64,000 nt of DNA, taken from NCBI RefSeq assembly GCF_009914755.1, contig NC_060927.1, one strand, 5' to 3'. Positions 13,661 through 26,573 of this stretch are shown one piece after another (positions within the stretch are counted from its first letter, which is position 1; the number at the start of each line of letters is the position of its first letter). Made by a program: the position numbers and the translations under genes. Below the pieces are notes generated by a model. It was not told where the DNA came from and made no database searches. It saw only the letters and a program-made list of their open reading frames with translations. The DNA is from the human T2T-CHM13v2.0 reference genome, Homo sapiens.

Positions 13661-14896
13661 TTTTCTCATTAATTAATAGAAATGCAAATGCTGTGAAAAT
13701 CCATTTTGTTAAGATATTTTTGTCTAAGTAAGTTTTTTTTGTTTTTAATTAATGACGTGTCACATATGTTTCAGCTTACTATTCACAGGACACTAGATTA
13801 CTATTATTATTTAAATGTAATTATTTAATTTCTATTTTGGGAAGATTAACCATGAATTTACTGGCAGTGGAAAAACACAAAGGACTAAATACAAGATGCA
13901 TAAAGTCAGCATGAAGAGATGAAAACAGACAGGGATGTGAACTTACATGAGTTGAGTCTTTAAATTCTGGCTCTGTCCTTTACAATGTATGACTTTGCAT
14001 GTTACATTCTGAGCCTTAATTTTCTCATTCATGAAACTAGAAAAACACTAGCTCTATATCTACATCAAAATTATTTTGAGAATCTATTAAATTACCTAAT
14101 GTAGACATGCTTGTATAGATGTATCCATGTATAATAATATTTGCAGTATACTATATGTAATTATATACATACACACACATACATACAAACACACAATAGT
14201 ATATATTAGTCATTTTTATTTAGAGGAATAAAGAAATTCTGTGTTTAAATGATATGTTAAAACTGCTTTGAATTTGGATCAAAATTTAGAGTAGATTTTC
14301 ACAGGTTCTGAGGCATAAAGAGTTCTTAAGGGTCATGTAGGCCATGCCTCTGTCTTCAGGAAGAGATATCCTTAAGCCAATGCAGATGAGATCCTGTCTA
14401 TTTCTTTTAGAGAAACAATTTAGTGAAAGTGCCTATAAACCATTTGCTGATAGAAAGACAACCTCTTGAATACAAATTGACTCCCTGATTGCAAGTGACT
14501 TTGTGATGACAAGCAAGAGAACTTTTCACAAACACAGAATATCAAAAACATTTTTTGTTTGTTTGTTTTCGGGAGTCAATTGCCTGTGTGCCTGTGGCTT
14601 CCGGATGGGGGTTCCGATTCAAAACATCCAGAGGCTCCATCAGTACTTACTATGCAACATAACACCTCTTAGTGTCTAGAGGTGAGTCTTAATATTTTAT
14701 ACCATTAACTGTGTAGTCCCAAAGATAGATTCAGGGCAGATGTTTGATGTTTGGTTTGCTGAGTACCATAGCGAGTTTCTCTGCCTATCTTTGACATTTT
14801 TGTAGCAGTAACCACATCACCCTTCTTAATCACTGGTGCTTTAGATAATAATTCCCTCAAATAAAACAAAAACTGAGGTGATTTTATAACACATTA

Positions 14897-15265
14897 TGAT
14901 ATGGTTTGGCTGTGTCCCTGCCCAAATCTCATCTTGAATTGCAGTTCTCATAATCTCCACCTGTTGGGGGAGGGATCCTGTGGGAGGTAATTGAATCATG
15001 GGGGCGGTTACCCTCATGCTGTTCTCTTGATAATGAGTTCTCACGAGATCTGATAATTTAAAGGGGCTTTTCTCCTTTTGCTTGGTACCTCTACCTGATG
15101 CCGCCGTGTAAAGAAGGACGTGTATGCTTCCCCTTCTGCCATGACTGTAAGTTTCCTGAGGCCTCCCCAGACATGCTGAACTGTGAGCCAATTAAACCTC
15201 TTTCCTTTATAAATTACCCAGTGTCAGGTATGTCTGTATTAGCAGTGTGTGAACAAAGTAATACA
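14897..15265 (+). mobile_element. THE1C-like MaLR solo LTR
   Basis: tgatatggtttggctgtgtcc...attaaacctctttcctttataaattacccag...taataca. Perfect 5-bp TSD catta on both sides. Confidence 0.92.
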
Positions 15266-15569
15266 CATTATATTCTCTCCTTTTTGAAGAAAAAATTAAG
15301 AAACTGGCTGTTCAAACTTAATGTGAAGTATCAGAGAACTCTATGTGCGATGGGGAAAAAAAAATTAGAGAAACATTGGTTTGCCACCAGTGGAAACTAA
15401 CCAGTCTTGTCTGTTTAGTTCATTGTTGCATTTTCAGCTGCTAGAGCAGTACGGGGCACATTTTAGTTACTTAATAAATTTGGCAGATGAGACTTCCTTT
15501 AAATGTCTACAGCACAATCTCTTTGGCTTTCTGTGAAAGCAGATCTCATGGCGAAGACATGGACTATGT

Positions 15570-16030
15570 AGTGTATTTAGGTGGTATTCTCAGAAGTATG
15601 GTGAAGGAGTAGGTAAATAGATAGCAAAAGGAGAAAACCCAAAAACTGATGAAGAATAAGGTAATTAATTGGTTGTCATTGTGGGCAATTGTGGCTCAGT
15701 ACAGCTGAGTGCCCCCTACAGCTATCAAGCACATCTCATTATTAGCCCAGCATAGGCCAAGGAAACTGGGACATTTACTCATTACCTTCTGTACCTCATT
15801 GGTTAAGGATCAGTCCTCAGGACTTCAATTTCTGGTAACCTGGCCTGCTTTCTATGTAGACAAGTATGTGTCTGTGGAATAAAAAATAATTTCTCAGAGC
15901 ATTCTCAGGCAGAGCAACCCAAATGGAGGCAGCAAACCCTCTAACGTAACTGTCCCCCAATGTGACAGGTAACTTCCTAAATGGGTTGAACAGATATATG
16001 GGATATGGGGCACCTACAGTGGCTGCTACA
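15570..16030 (-). mobile_element. ERVL LTR (LTR16-like), diverged
   Basis: ggtggtattctcagaag, gtgggcaattgtggctcagt and terminal gggatatggggcacctacagtggctgctaca. Confidence 0.5.
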
Positions 16031-16539
16031 ATCATACTTTAAAAGAACTATAACACTTTTGGTTTCCCATGTGACAGTCATAATGTGAGAAAATTCAAGA
16101 AATTAGCTTGATATTTACATTTTATCACATAATTTTAATTTAAAAGGTCACATGTAATAAGACAAGAGGAGGTGTAAAAGTTCAGAGATAGCAGTTCCGG
16201 AATTTCACATTTTTTCCCGTATACTTGGCCCTAGTATTTCTATGAGTAAATAGGTTAGTTTTTAGTTGTTCTTGGTAAATTACTGGATATGCGACTGGAC
16301 TGCACTTATGCTATCCTTCAAATAAATGAAAAACCCAATTGAGACAACTGGACAGTGATCTCCTGGATTAATTATTATACTGAAGATGATAATTACAGTT
16401 TCTGCCTGTCTTATAAATAAGCAGTCCTCAGTTGCCAAATGGGCAACCTCTTTTCTGCAGTTACAGATGTGCGGCATTAAACATCTCAAAAATCCGAAGT
16501 AAGAGTCACAAGAGGACTTCATGGTAGGCTCAGGGGCAG

Positions 16540-16896
16540 AGAAGCTTATGCAGTGTTGTGGCTAGGATAAGCCAAAGCAATATGCAGTCTGAGATGTTAT
16601 GGGGGCATGAACTATAAGTAAAAACAAGGAGACTGATCAGCTGGGAAGACAGTGGAGCAGATATTCATGCAAAGCAGAGTTAACAGAGACTGGGACACCT
16701 GTAGATAAAGGAACCTAGAGAGGGAGGAAGAGAATAATTGGCAGGTGTGGCAAGTGTCCTTCCTGTTCCCAGATATGCCTCCTGCACTTTGTTGGTCTAA
16801 GATTTCTCTTGATCCTTTTTAACTCCACCCCCGCTTTAGTTTATACTACTTTAAGTGAATTTCATTTCCTGGCATGTAAAGAGACCTGGCGCAAAC
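16540..16896 (+). mobile_element. Possible old MLT1 LTR fragment
   Basis: Ends ttaagtgaatttcatttcctggcatgtaaagagacctggcgcaaaca, resembling an MLT1 3' end. Confidence 0.35.
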
Positions 16897-17989
16897 AATG
16901 AACACACAATAATCATTGTAGCAGAAATTGAAATGAACTAGAAAATCAACCAGTTGGTCGTTTAGGCCTTATGGCATTGTGCTAAAGACTATAGGTCATA
17001 CTTTTTGGGATTTGAATCTTTGTTCTATTAATTAGTAACCAGTTCAGTGACCTTTTGGCAAGTTTTTTGAACATTTCTGGGATTTAGCATTTCATGTGTA
17101 AAATATATGTAATAATAATAAATATTTACTGTACAATATGCTTGTATAGTACCCACATATATAGTATAAATTTTATGAAGATTAAATGTAAATATAAATA
17201 AATCCAAGAAGATAATTGGTATAATAAAAAGAAAAATAACTAAAAAATAAATAAATGTAATAATTAAATCTACATATCGTTTAAATCAACTCCAAGTCTT
17301 TGTAAGAGTTATAAGTTATTTAGGGCCATTTGACATGTAGTTTTTAAACAAGTTACTTATTTCATTTAAGTCTCACAACAGTCAAATAATATACCTATTT
17401 TCAGAACATTTTATAGATCCATTCACCCATTCCTCTTTTCAGCAAATGTTCTTGAGTGCCCTTTGTGTATTAGACACTGAGCATATTCAGAGAAATTGAA
17501 AAAAAATGAAAAGTACCATTTTAAATGTCTCACAGCTTATAAATCCAAGCACTTCATTCAAGCACAGATTTATCTGACTCCAAAGCCCAAACATTTTCCT
17601 TCAACTATGTGAACACTCTTTTTATGTGAAATAAGCAAGCTTTCCATCTGTTTGAGGGTTTTTCTGTCTCCCCTGGGCCCCAGTCTCTTATAACCTAATT
17701 TTGGAAGTGACAAGCCATAATTTGACCAGACTCAGTTGGTTGTGCAGACTAATGCTGACACAATGCGGCAATACACAAAGTGGTGGATATTGGAAGCGAG
17801 TTCATTCGGGGCCGTTTTGCAGCCTAGCTACCACATGTTTCCAGGTCGATCCTAGCCTCTTCTCTAAGAAACCTTTAATCAGACAAATTTGGTCTTTTGC
17901 TCTCTTCAATTCCTAAAGGAAATATTGTAGACTATGTTTGTAGTATTTTGTATGCATTCACTCGCTTTAGAGGTATAATTATTTCTTAA

Positions 17990-18450
17990 TTTATTAAACA
18001 TGTTCTTGTTGAATACCTGCTTTTTGCAAACACTGAACTCGCGGGAAAACAAGGTCCCTGTTTTCGTGAAGCTTATGGTCTATTTAGAGCACACTGAAAT
18101 AAAGTAAATCAATAATCATTGCTGACAGTGACTGGGCCTTTGGGGAAAAATACAGAGTGATAGGGAACTGCTACGTTAGATTGGTTAGCCAAGGGAGGGT
18201 TCACTATGTGGTAGTAGCAAGTAGGCTGAGATCTAAATGTCAAAAAGAATCTAGAATGCAAAGATCTGGGGGTAAGTTTTCAAGCAGAAGAAACAAGAAG
18301 ACCAAGGGCCATCGGGGGAAGAAACTCATTATGTTCCGAAAAACAGGAAAATAAAATGGCAGCTGTATTTGGAATGTTCTGAACACAGGTGAAAGGATGG
18401 GGTAAACAGGGCCATATCATATGGGGCTTTAAGTAATTTAGTAAACTATT
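17990..18450 (-). mobile_element. L2 3' fragment
   Basis: ttgaatacctgct...caaggtccctgttttcgtgaagcttatggtcta...gctgagatctaaatg...gggccatatcatatggggctt. Confidence 0.6.
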
Positions 18451-18879
18451 TAAAGTCATCTTTATTTCTCTGGGTTGACTGATCATTAATCAAATATTTT
18501 TTGAGTACCTACTGTGGGCCAGCACTTACTGGTACTGCAAAGGTAAACCTGTACACATTTTGTGGAAAGGCGCTGATACAAACAAACGGTGGCAGCCAAG
18601 TAGGGTTATTTTTTGAAAAGATTTTATAAATACATGAGTTAGTGAACAAACTCTACATTTAAATTACTGTTATAGCAAATTATAATGCAATGCAAGCAGT
18701 TCACCTCTTTGTAAACTTATTGAATCAGCCAACATGTCCTGAACCACCTGTCTTTGAGGAGCAGCCACATAGAGAGAGGTTGAGTGGTTGATGTCATTTG
18801 GGACTAAAAGTTCCAGTTTCAGCTTTGACTGTAACCTATAACTTAAACCAGCTTCATCTGTATTTTTAAAATTATTTTT

Positions 18880-19565
18880 AAATTTTATTTTTAATTAACT
18901 AATAATAATTGTATAGATTTATAGGGTAAAATGTGGTATTTTGATGTATCTTTAGATTATGGAATGGTTAAATCAAGCTAATTAAATTTGTCACCCCACA
19001 TACTTGTCATTTTTTGTGGTAAAAACATTTAAAATCTACTCTTCTAGAAATTTTGGAGTATACAATACATTATTATTTATTATTTTTACCACTCTGTGCA
19101 ATAGATCACTAAAGCTTTTTCTTCCTGTTTCACTGAAACTTCGCACTGTTTGACTAACATTTCCCCATTTCCTATGCACCCCTCTCCCCCAGCCTCTGGT
19201 AACCACCATTCTACTCTCTACTTACATGAATTTAACTTTTTTGATTCCTTGTATGAGTGAGATCATTTGGTATTTGTCATTCTGTTGCTGGCTTATTTTA
19301 CTTAGCATAATGTCCTCCAGGTTCATCCATGTTGCCACAAATGACCGAATTTCCTTTTTTTTTTTTTTTTTTGGCTGGATAGGGATAGTATTTTATTGTG
19401 TATATATGCCACATTTTTGTTATCTATTCACCTGATGATGGACACTTAACTTGCTTCCATGTCATTGCATTCACCAGAATGCAGATATCTCTTTGGCATA
19501 CTGATTTCAATTTCTTTGGATATATACAAGAAGTGGGATTGCTAGATCATGTGGTAATTCTATCA
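18880..19565 (-). mobile_element. L1MA (MA7-MA9-like) 3' end
   Basis: ggaatggttaaatcaagctaatt, aacatttaaaatctactct, cagcctctggtaaccaccattctactctct and gtcctccaggttcatccatgttgcc. ORFs 19226..19435 and 19398..19610 are antisense L1. Confidence 0.85.
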
Positions 19566-21258
19566 TTAGTTGTCTCAGCTAGCACTCTCTGCCTCTTCAC
19601 CTCTAAATGAAACCTAGTCACTGTTCTCTGGAAAAATCAGTGTCCAGGTAATTCCAGTGTAACCCAATGAACAGACATTTCCATGACTACTTCTGGCTCC
19701 AACTTTTGCTGAAGTCCCATTCTCTGCTCTGGGTCTTACAGTTTTCCCTCCTTCTCCATCCTGGTTCTTACTCAAGAGTAGAAATGTTTTCTTAATTCTG
19801 TCCCTCACACAACACACTTGATAAACACATGTCTATAGATTTTTGTTTGTAACAAAATGTTTGTAGACATTTAGGGGAGGAGTATTGGCAAAAGAAAACA
19901 CAAATTACTATAAGCAGAAAAGACTATTTCTAAGAGTCCTTCAGCATTCTATATCTTGATTTTCTTTTTGTTTCTGTTCTCTCCCCTCCACCAAATCCTT
20001 CATCATGGCAAATGCAGTCAGACCACTTTGGTTGTCTCAAAGATGTCTTGTCTCCTGATATGCCATGTCCTCTGGAGCTCAGATGGCCCGTTTTCCTCAA
20101 CAAGGTTTTTCAGCTTTAGCCTGAAACACAAAAAACCTTTGTGTTTTTTGAAATATCAATGTACTGTCTGTACTATGTTTTATTTTTCCCAAATTGCTTT
20201 GATTTTTTAATGAGTAAATTTGTTTGAAAAAACATATTTATTACCACTGTATCTAGAAAGCCAGTGTCATTCATCACAAATAGAACAAAACTTTAAAAGG
20301 CAATACATAGTTATATAAAGTTAAAGGTGTTTTTTTTTTTGCATAACACCTAAGTGCGTCACCCATACAACCAGTGATATCTCTCCCACACATTGGTAAT
20401 GTCTCTTCTGCTTATCTCTCAGGGTTACTATCAACATTAAAAATGATGACAGAAATGAAAATGCTTTGGAAAAAAGTGAGATTTTATTTAATAGTCTCTC
20501 TTTCCCTCCCTCCCTTTATCTAAACCATAATGCATGCAAGGGTCCTTATCACTGAACCTAATTCTCCTTAGTGCTGAGCTGGAGAAAGCTACAAAGAAAA
20601 TGCCGATTGCAGCTGTGATTCCAAAGACCTTGCTTGGACTAAGAAAATTCAACGGAAAAATGTCAGTATTTACCATCAACCCTGCAGTCACTCTCCCGAA
20701 TTCCAGTTGTGGAAGTTCTTGCAAACCGAAACCAGTAGGATAAAAATCTCTGGTAAACTCAGAGCTTATGTCCATGGGAAGTCTTTAAAAAAATGTTCTT
20801 GCTTCACGCTTCTTGTATAAACAGGAGCATTAAGACCTTTACCCAGGAGCTCTGTCCCATTACCTCCAAAACTCGGCCTTTTGTATTTTACATAGGTTGC
20901 AAATTTTGCAATCTAACTTTCTGATTAAACCATCACAATGAATAAAAGGGCTTATTAAGGGCTCTGTCTATGAAGGACCATAGCAGGTATAATGGTTCGC
21001 ATAAACCACTCTTTCCAAGTGACCTCGGGCCTCACTCCATTGAAATCACTCTCCTTTACTCTAATGAGAGTCACACATGTGAATCAAGAGGGAGCTATAA
21101 ATGCAGTTGTTCTTGGAAGGGCACAGGTGCACCTAATTTGCCACCAAAACCAACACCTTCAGCCCCCTTTGCTGATGACCTGGCCCAGGAGTGAATTACA
21201 AGTGAGCTTCTGGCCAGACTCCCTCAGACCTCTGGGAAGCCAGTGGTCAGCCTGGCCC

Positions 21259-21400
21259 TTTTTTTTTTTTTTTTTTTTTTTTTTGGAGACAGAGTCTCTC
21301 TCTGTAACCTGCGACCCCCAGGTTCAAGCAATTCTTCTGCCTCAGCCTCCCAGGTAGCTGGGACTACAGGCACACACTGCCACGCCCCACTAATTTTTTG
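21259..21400 (-). mobile_element. Alu right-arm fragment with T26 tail and an internal deletion of about 40 bp
   Basis: T26-ggagacagagtctctctctgt^aacctgcgacccccaggttcaagcaattc...ctaatttttt. Confidence 0.85.
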
Positions 21401-22636
21401 GATAGCCTGAACTTTCTTGTTACCTACCACCTGCTAAGACTTAAGTACAAGGTCAGGATGTACTTCCCCCAGTGACAGGGCAGACTCTGTTTGCTTGCTC
21501 TTGGATAAAAAGAAACTGTTTGCAGCCCTCTTTTTCCTCTCCTTCCTCACTTTTTTTCCCTCTCCCACCATTGAGCAGGGAAAGTGGTATCCTGAATAGC
21601 TGAAAATGAATCAGAGCTGGGTAGTAGTCCCTATTCAATAAAAGGCCTCCTTTTATTTTTTTAGTTATGTGGTCTTGAGCACATTGCTTAACCTTTCTGA
21701 GCACTGGTGTGTATATTTATGAAATGGGAGTCATATGGGGTACCTACAACTCATTTTGTTTATAAAGTTCAGGAATTGGGAAGGTCTCAGTAATTAAGAG
21801 GTCCCCGGCTCCTGTACCAGGAAGCCCCTCTCACGGTACACCTCTATAGCTCTTAGCTGTTGCCATCAAATATTTAACCAAAATCTAATAAACACTTGAT
21901 ATTGGAGAAAAATTGGAATGCTGATATCCAAGTAGGAAGTAAGAAGGTCTTTTAAGAGTTTATAGTGTCGAATCCATTTACGGTCCAAGTTAAAATTTCT
22001 CTTTGGGAAAGATAAAATAATATTTATAAAAATTAACAAGTGGAGAGAAAGTGAGTTGTTTTTTGGCGTCCTGGGAATAATGAATTCAACAAGCTGATCT
22101 TTGGATGAGTCACTTTAGTGTCTGCAATGGCAATGGAATATACACGTTTCTTTTGCCATTCAGGGCTTCCTCAGCAGAAACCTCACATTTCTTTCTGAAA
22201 AAAAAAACACGTCCCTTGATGACACCACTGATGACACCTTGATGACTTTCCCACATGAGGATGATTTACCTGAAGATTTGGCCTTTTCTGGATACTCCCC
22301 TTTTTGCCTTTGAACAATATTTATATCACATATTAATCCCAAGAAGCACAAATTGCCCCAAAGAAATCTCTTTAGAGATTATTGACTACAAAGGTTTTGG
22401 CACTGTCCTCCCTGCAGAACAAAAGGTGAGAAAATGAACATTTGCCAAAAGGCAAAGCCCAAGACTATGAGAAGCAGGGCAGCCTAGGATTTTTCTGGCT
22501 ATTGTATGTCCACCCAAGAGGTCATTGCTGCCTCCAGCTGGGCTGTGTAGCTTCCTAGGCAGTGAGGGTCACTAACCATCAGTCTAACAACTTGTGTCAA
22601 GTTGGAGAAACATTCTCTGGCATAAAATAGAGAGTG

Positions 22637-23015
<379 letters not shown>

Positions 23016-23145
23016 TCATGAGCATTTAAGCTGCCACCGAATAGGCACAGAAGTAAGTCCTGACTCAGTCTTCAAGAAAATATGTCTCGTTACATCATCC
23101 GACACTGAGATGAAAGCTGAAAAAAAAGCCAGTTTAAAAGTTCAA

Positions 23146-23322
23146 GCTGGGATTGGTGGCACACACCTGTAATCCTAGCTACTCAGAAGGCTAAGGCAGG
23201 AGGATTGCATGAGCCCAGAGATTTGAGGTTACAGTGAGCTATGATCAAGCCACTGCACTCCAGCCGAGGCAAGAGAGTGAGACCCTGTCTCAAAAGTTAT
23301 AAAATAAATAAAATAAAAATAA
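23146..23322 (+). mobile_element. Free right Alu monomer (FRAM/AluJ right arm)
   Basis: ggaggattgcatgagcccag...gtgagctatgatc...gagaccctgtctc with a (TAAAA)n tail. Confidence 0.85.
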
Positions 23323-23344
23323 AAATTCAAAACATCCTAATTTT

Positions 23345-23630
23345 GTTGATGTGCCCTCGTATCATCAGTAATGTGATTAAAGTCCCTCACATCATATATT
23401 TTGTACTTAACATCTTCTACACACTTTAATTGTATTATGTCATTTTTTTTCCTCTGAGGCAGGTACTATTGTTAGCTAGCTTATTTTAAAAGTGAAGAAA
23501 ACTGAGGTAGAAAGATACTAAATAATCTGCCCTAAATCAATAGCTAGTGCATGCACGGCCAAGCTAGCATTTGAATATAGATAGTCTGACCCTAAACTTG
23601 CATTTTTGATCATTTTGTTCCATCACTAAG
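23345..23630 (-). mobile_element. MIR
   Basis: gaggcaggtactattg...gaagaaaactgaggtaga...atttgaatatagatagtctgac. Confidence 0.6.
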
Positions 23631-25194
23631 CCTTTTAAGGAATTCGTTAGTGGGTTATTTAATCTATTTTGCATGCTACCTACATCACCTTCCTTTCAGG
23701 AACACCAAAGGCCAGTTGCCTTTTACTAGTTAAGTAATCTGGCATCTCAATGTATCCTATGCAGTTCCATAATTGTGTTCTGTTTCTCTCATCTACTTTT
23801 AAATGTAGGGAATATGCCAGCTTAGTAAGAAGCGAGTTTGAGTCTAGCCCACATCTAGCACTTGTATATTTATTTTTGTCATAAGTGTCACTGTTCTTAC
23901 CACCATTTGTCAGGCAAATGTGTCTATTATAGAAAATCAAATCCAGTCTGACATGTATATTATCATAGACCAATTACCTAATTGATATTTCATATTGGTT
24001 TACTTGTTTAATTTATGAAATGTTTACCTCCCTGAAAACTTAAGTGCTGGGCTGTTAGGGAAAAACATGCATTATGTGCTCCTTACTATTATCCTATCTA
24101 TTTTTTCATAAAAAAAAATGCTTCTCAGTGAATTCATTATATTCCCAGAAAAACAAGAAACAACGCATTTTTTTCTCTACTTATATATAAATTTTTACGA
24201 AAATTCTTTTACACCCCCAAAAGTGAGGAATTTTAACTTGGACTGTAAATGGATTTGACACCAGGAGCTCTTAAAATAACTTCTTACTTCCTACTTGGAT
24301 ATTAGCATTCCAAATGTATGACCAGTTCTAAGATTTAGCTATTGCCTCTTTTACAGCGTTTGACAATAACATTGTGCTTGATTAGGTTATGTCGTGTTGT
24401 GTTACTGAGTTATGCTAGGAAACATAATAATATCATGAACACCATGACTGAGTATATAGCATCCAGAAAACGATGGTGGAAAATGAAACTGGTTTCAGTA
24501 GAGATATTTCTCTGTGCCAATTAATAAAGGCATGGGAAAATTAGTTACTATAGAACTAAAACAAAATCACTCAAGAAATAGGAAATAGCAACATGAACAA
24601 TTTTGGTATTATTCATAACTGGTCCTCTTCAAAGAAGAGAAGCATGGAGAGATACAAATTTAGAATAACCTCACTATAATGTTTTGAGATTCTTAAGAGT
24701 ATTTTAATACTGAAAGTTGCATATATCATATCTGGGAGTTCTGTGAGACTTATGCAGATTTGGGGATTTGTTTTCTTGGTGTCTTTCACCATTTCTCTTT
24801 TGCTGGGCAGAGTACTGGCATTTCTTTGCCCCGCAAAATGTTTTTGCCGTAGGCCAAAACAAAATACATACCTTCAACATGGGAACCGCATCGTGAAGGT
24901 GAACAAGTGCTCCAACATCTTGTTTACTCCAGAACCAGCTTTCAGTGCTAAAACTTCTTCAGAAGGATTCTCAAAGGGGGGAAATAGTATTTGGTTGACG
25001 GAAACCAGAAAGCAGGGTAAAATAAATCATAGAGTTTAAAATTAGACCTAACGTCTTTGAAGTGACCAATAATTGAAATTGCTTCTGAGGTGTGAAAAGA
25101 GAGAAAAGGTCTGTCTGGGTGACTTTCTAGATAGAGAGGCAGTATGGTCTGGTGGTTAAGCGAATGCACTCTCGAGCCACAATATTTGTTTCTT

Positions 25195-25490
25195 TACTTT
25201 GTCTTTGTGTGTTTGTTTGTTTGTTTTTGCTTTTTGAGACAAAGTCTGGCTCTGTCACCCAGGCTAGAGTGTGGAGTGCAGTTGTGCGATCTTGGCTCAC
25301 TGCAACCTCTGCTTCCTGAATAGCTGGGACCACAGGTACATGCCACCACATTAGACTATTTTTTATATTTTTAGTAGAGACAGGGTTTCACCATGTTGCC
25401 CGGGCTGGTGTCCAACTCCTGGTCTCATGTGATCCGCCCACCTTGGTGTCCCAAATTGCTGGGATTACAGGCTGGAGCCATGGCGCCTTG
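25195..25490 (-). mobile_element. AluS/J with an internal deletion of about 32 bp, inserted in a MIR
   Basis: (GTTT)n tail and gcaacctctgcttcc^tgaatagctggg junction. MIR 5' end (ggcagtatggtctggtggttaagcg) lies just upstream. Confidence 0.88.
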
Positions 25491-26209
25491 TCTAGAAACA
25501 CAGCATCTGGAATTAAATTTTATTTCCTTTACTTATTACCTGTTTGAACCCATACAGATCAATCAATTTCTGGTGTGACAGCAGGAGCAGAGAGAGCTGA
25601 ACATCTTGGCAGATGAAAGCAGCGGGACATTTTCCTCCTGCTCCTGAAAGAGAGGATTGTAGTAGGGAAGTTATAGAAGAGAGAAGGCAGACGCAAGTAA
25701 GAGGAGTAACTAAAGGGCCTTTAGGAGCCATATACCCAATATTTCATTCTAAGGTGTTCGAGCTGCATATGAATATATCAGTAAGGCTGACACAGGCTCA
25801 AAATCTGGTAGTGGTGATGCACCACACCTCTGTTGTATGTGCTGGTGGGCGGTGCATAGCTCTCTATGTTGGTCAAAATAAGGGGCTACATTCTATGTTC
25901 ACATGCAGATACAGGGAGAGATGTAAGGGTGGAGATAAATCGAGAAATATAAAGAGAGGTACAAATAAGGATTCAGAGGATTCAGGACATCAGAAACAGA
26001 GCCACTTCTAGAAACTACAAATTCTTGGGGGAGAGAAAGCACCTTTACCCCTCCGCTAGCAATTTGTACAACTTTTTGGAAAAGCATTAGGCTTTTGATG
26101 GTTTGACCATGGAGTATTAGTTTATGTTAATTTTGTAAATTATAAGTGGCAAGGAGACCCCAGGTAACATCTGGAGAGCAGTGTTTTAGTGTGAACCGTG
26201 GAACCAGAG

Positions 26210-26573
26210 GGATATGGTTTTAATGTATCCCCACCCAAATCCCACATTAAATTGTAGTTGCCATAATCCCCACATGTCATGGGAGGGACCCAGTGGGAGG
26301 TAATTGAATCATGGGGGCAGGTTTTACCCATGCTGTTCTCCTGTTAGTGAATAAGTCTCACAAGATCTAATGGTTTTATAAAGGGCAGTTCCCCTGCATA
26401 CACTGTCTTGCCTGCCGCCATGTAAGACATGCCTTTGCTCCTCCTTCACCTTCCACCATGATTATAGGGCCTCCTGAGCCATGTGGAGCTGTGAGTCCAT
26501 TAAAACTCTTTTTCTTTATGAATTATCCAGTCTCAGGTATTTCTTCATAGCAGTATGAAAATTGACTAATACA
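26210..26573 (+). mobile_element. THE1B-like MaLR solo LTR
   Basis: gatatggttt...ccccacccaaat...gtgaataagtctcacaagatct...gttcccctgca...gactaataca. Confidence 0.9.

Noticed and set aside
20500-21200. Repeat-free stretch with a TATA-like tataaa and overlapping small ORFs as an internal promoter
   Set aside because: No CpG island or other support. Such motifs are common in AT-rich DNA, and conservation cannot be judged from the sequence alone.
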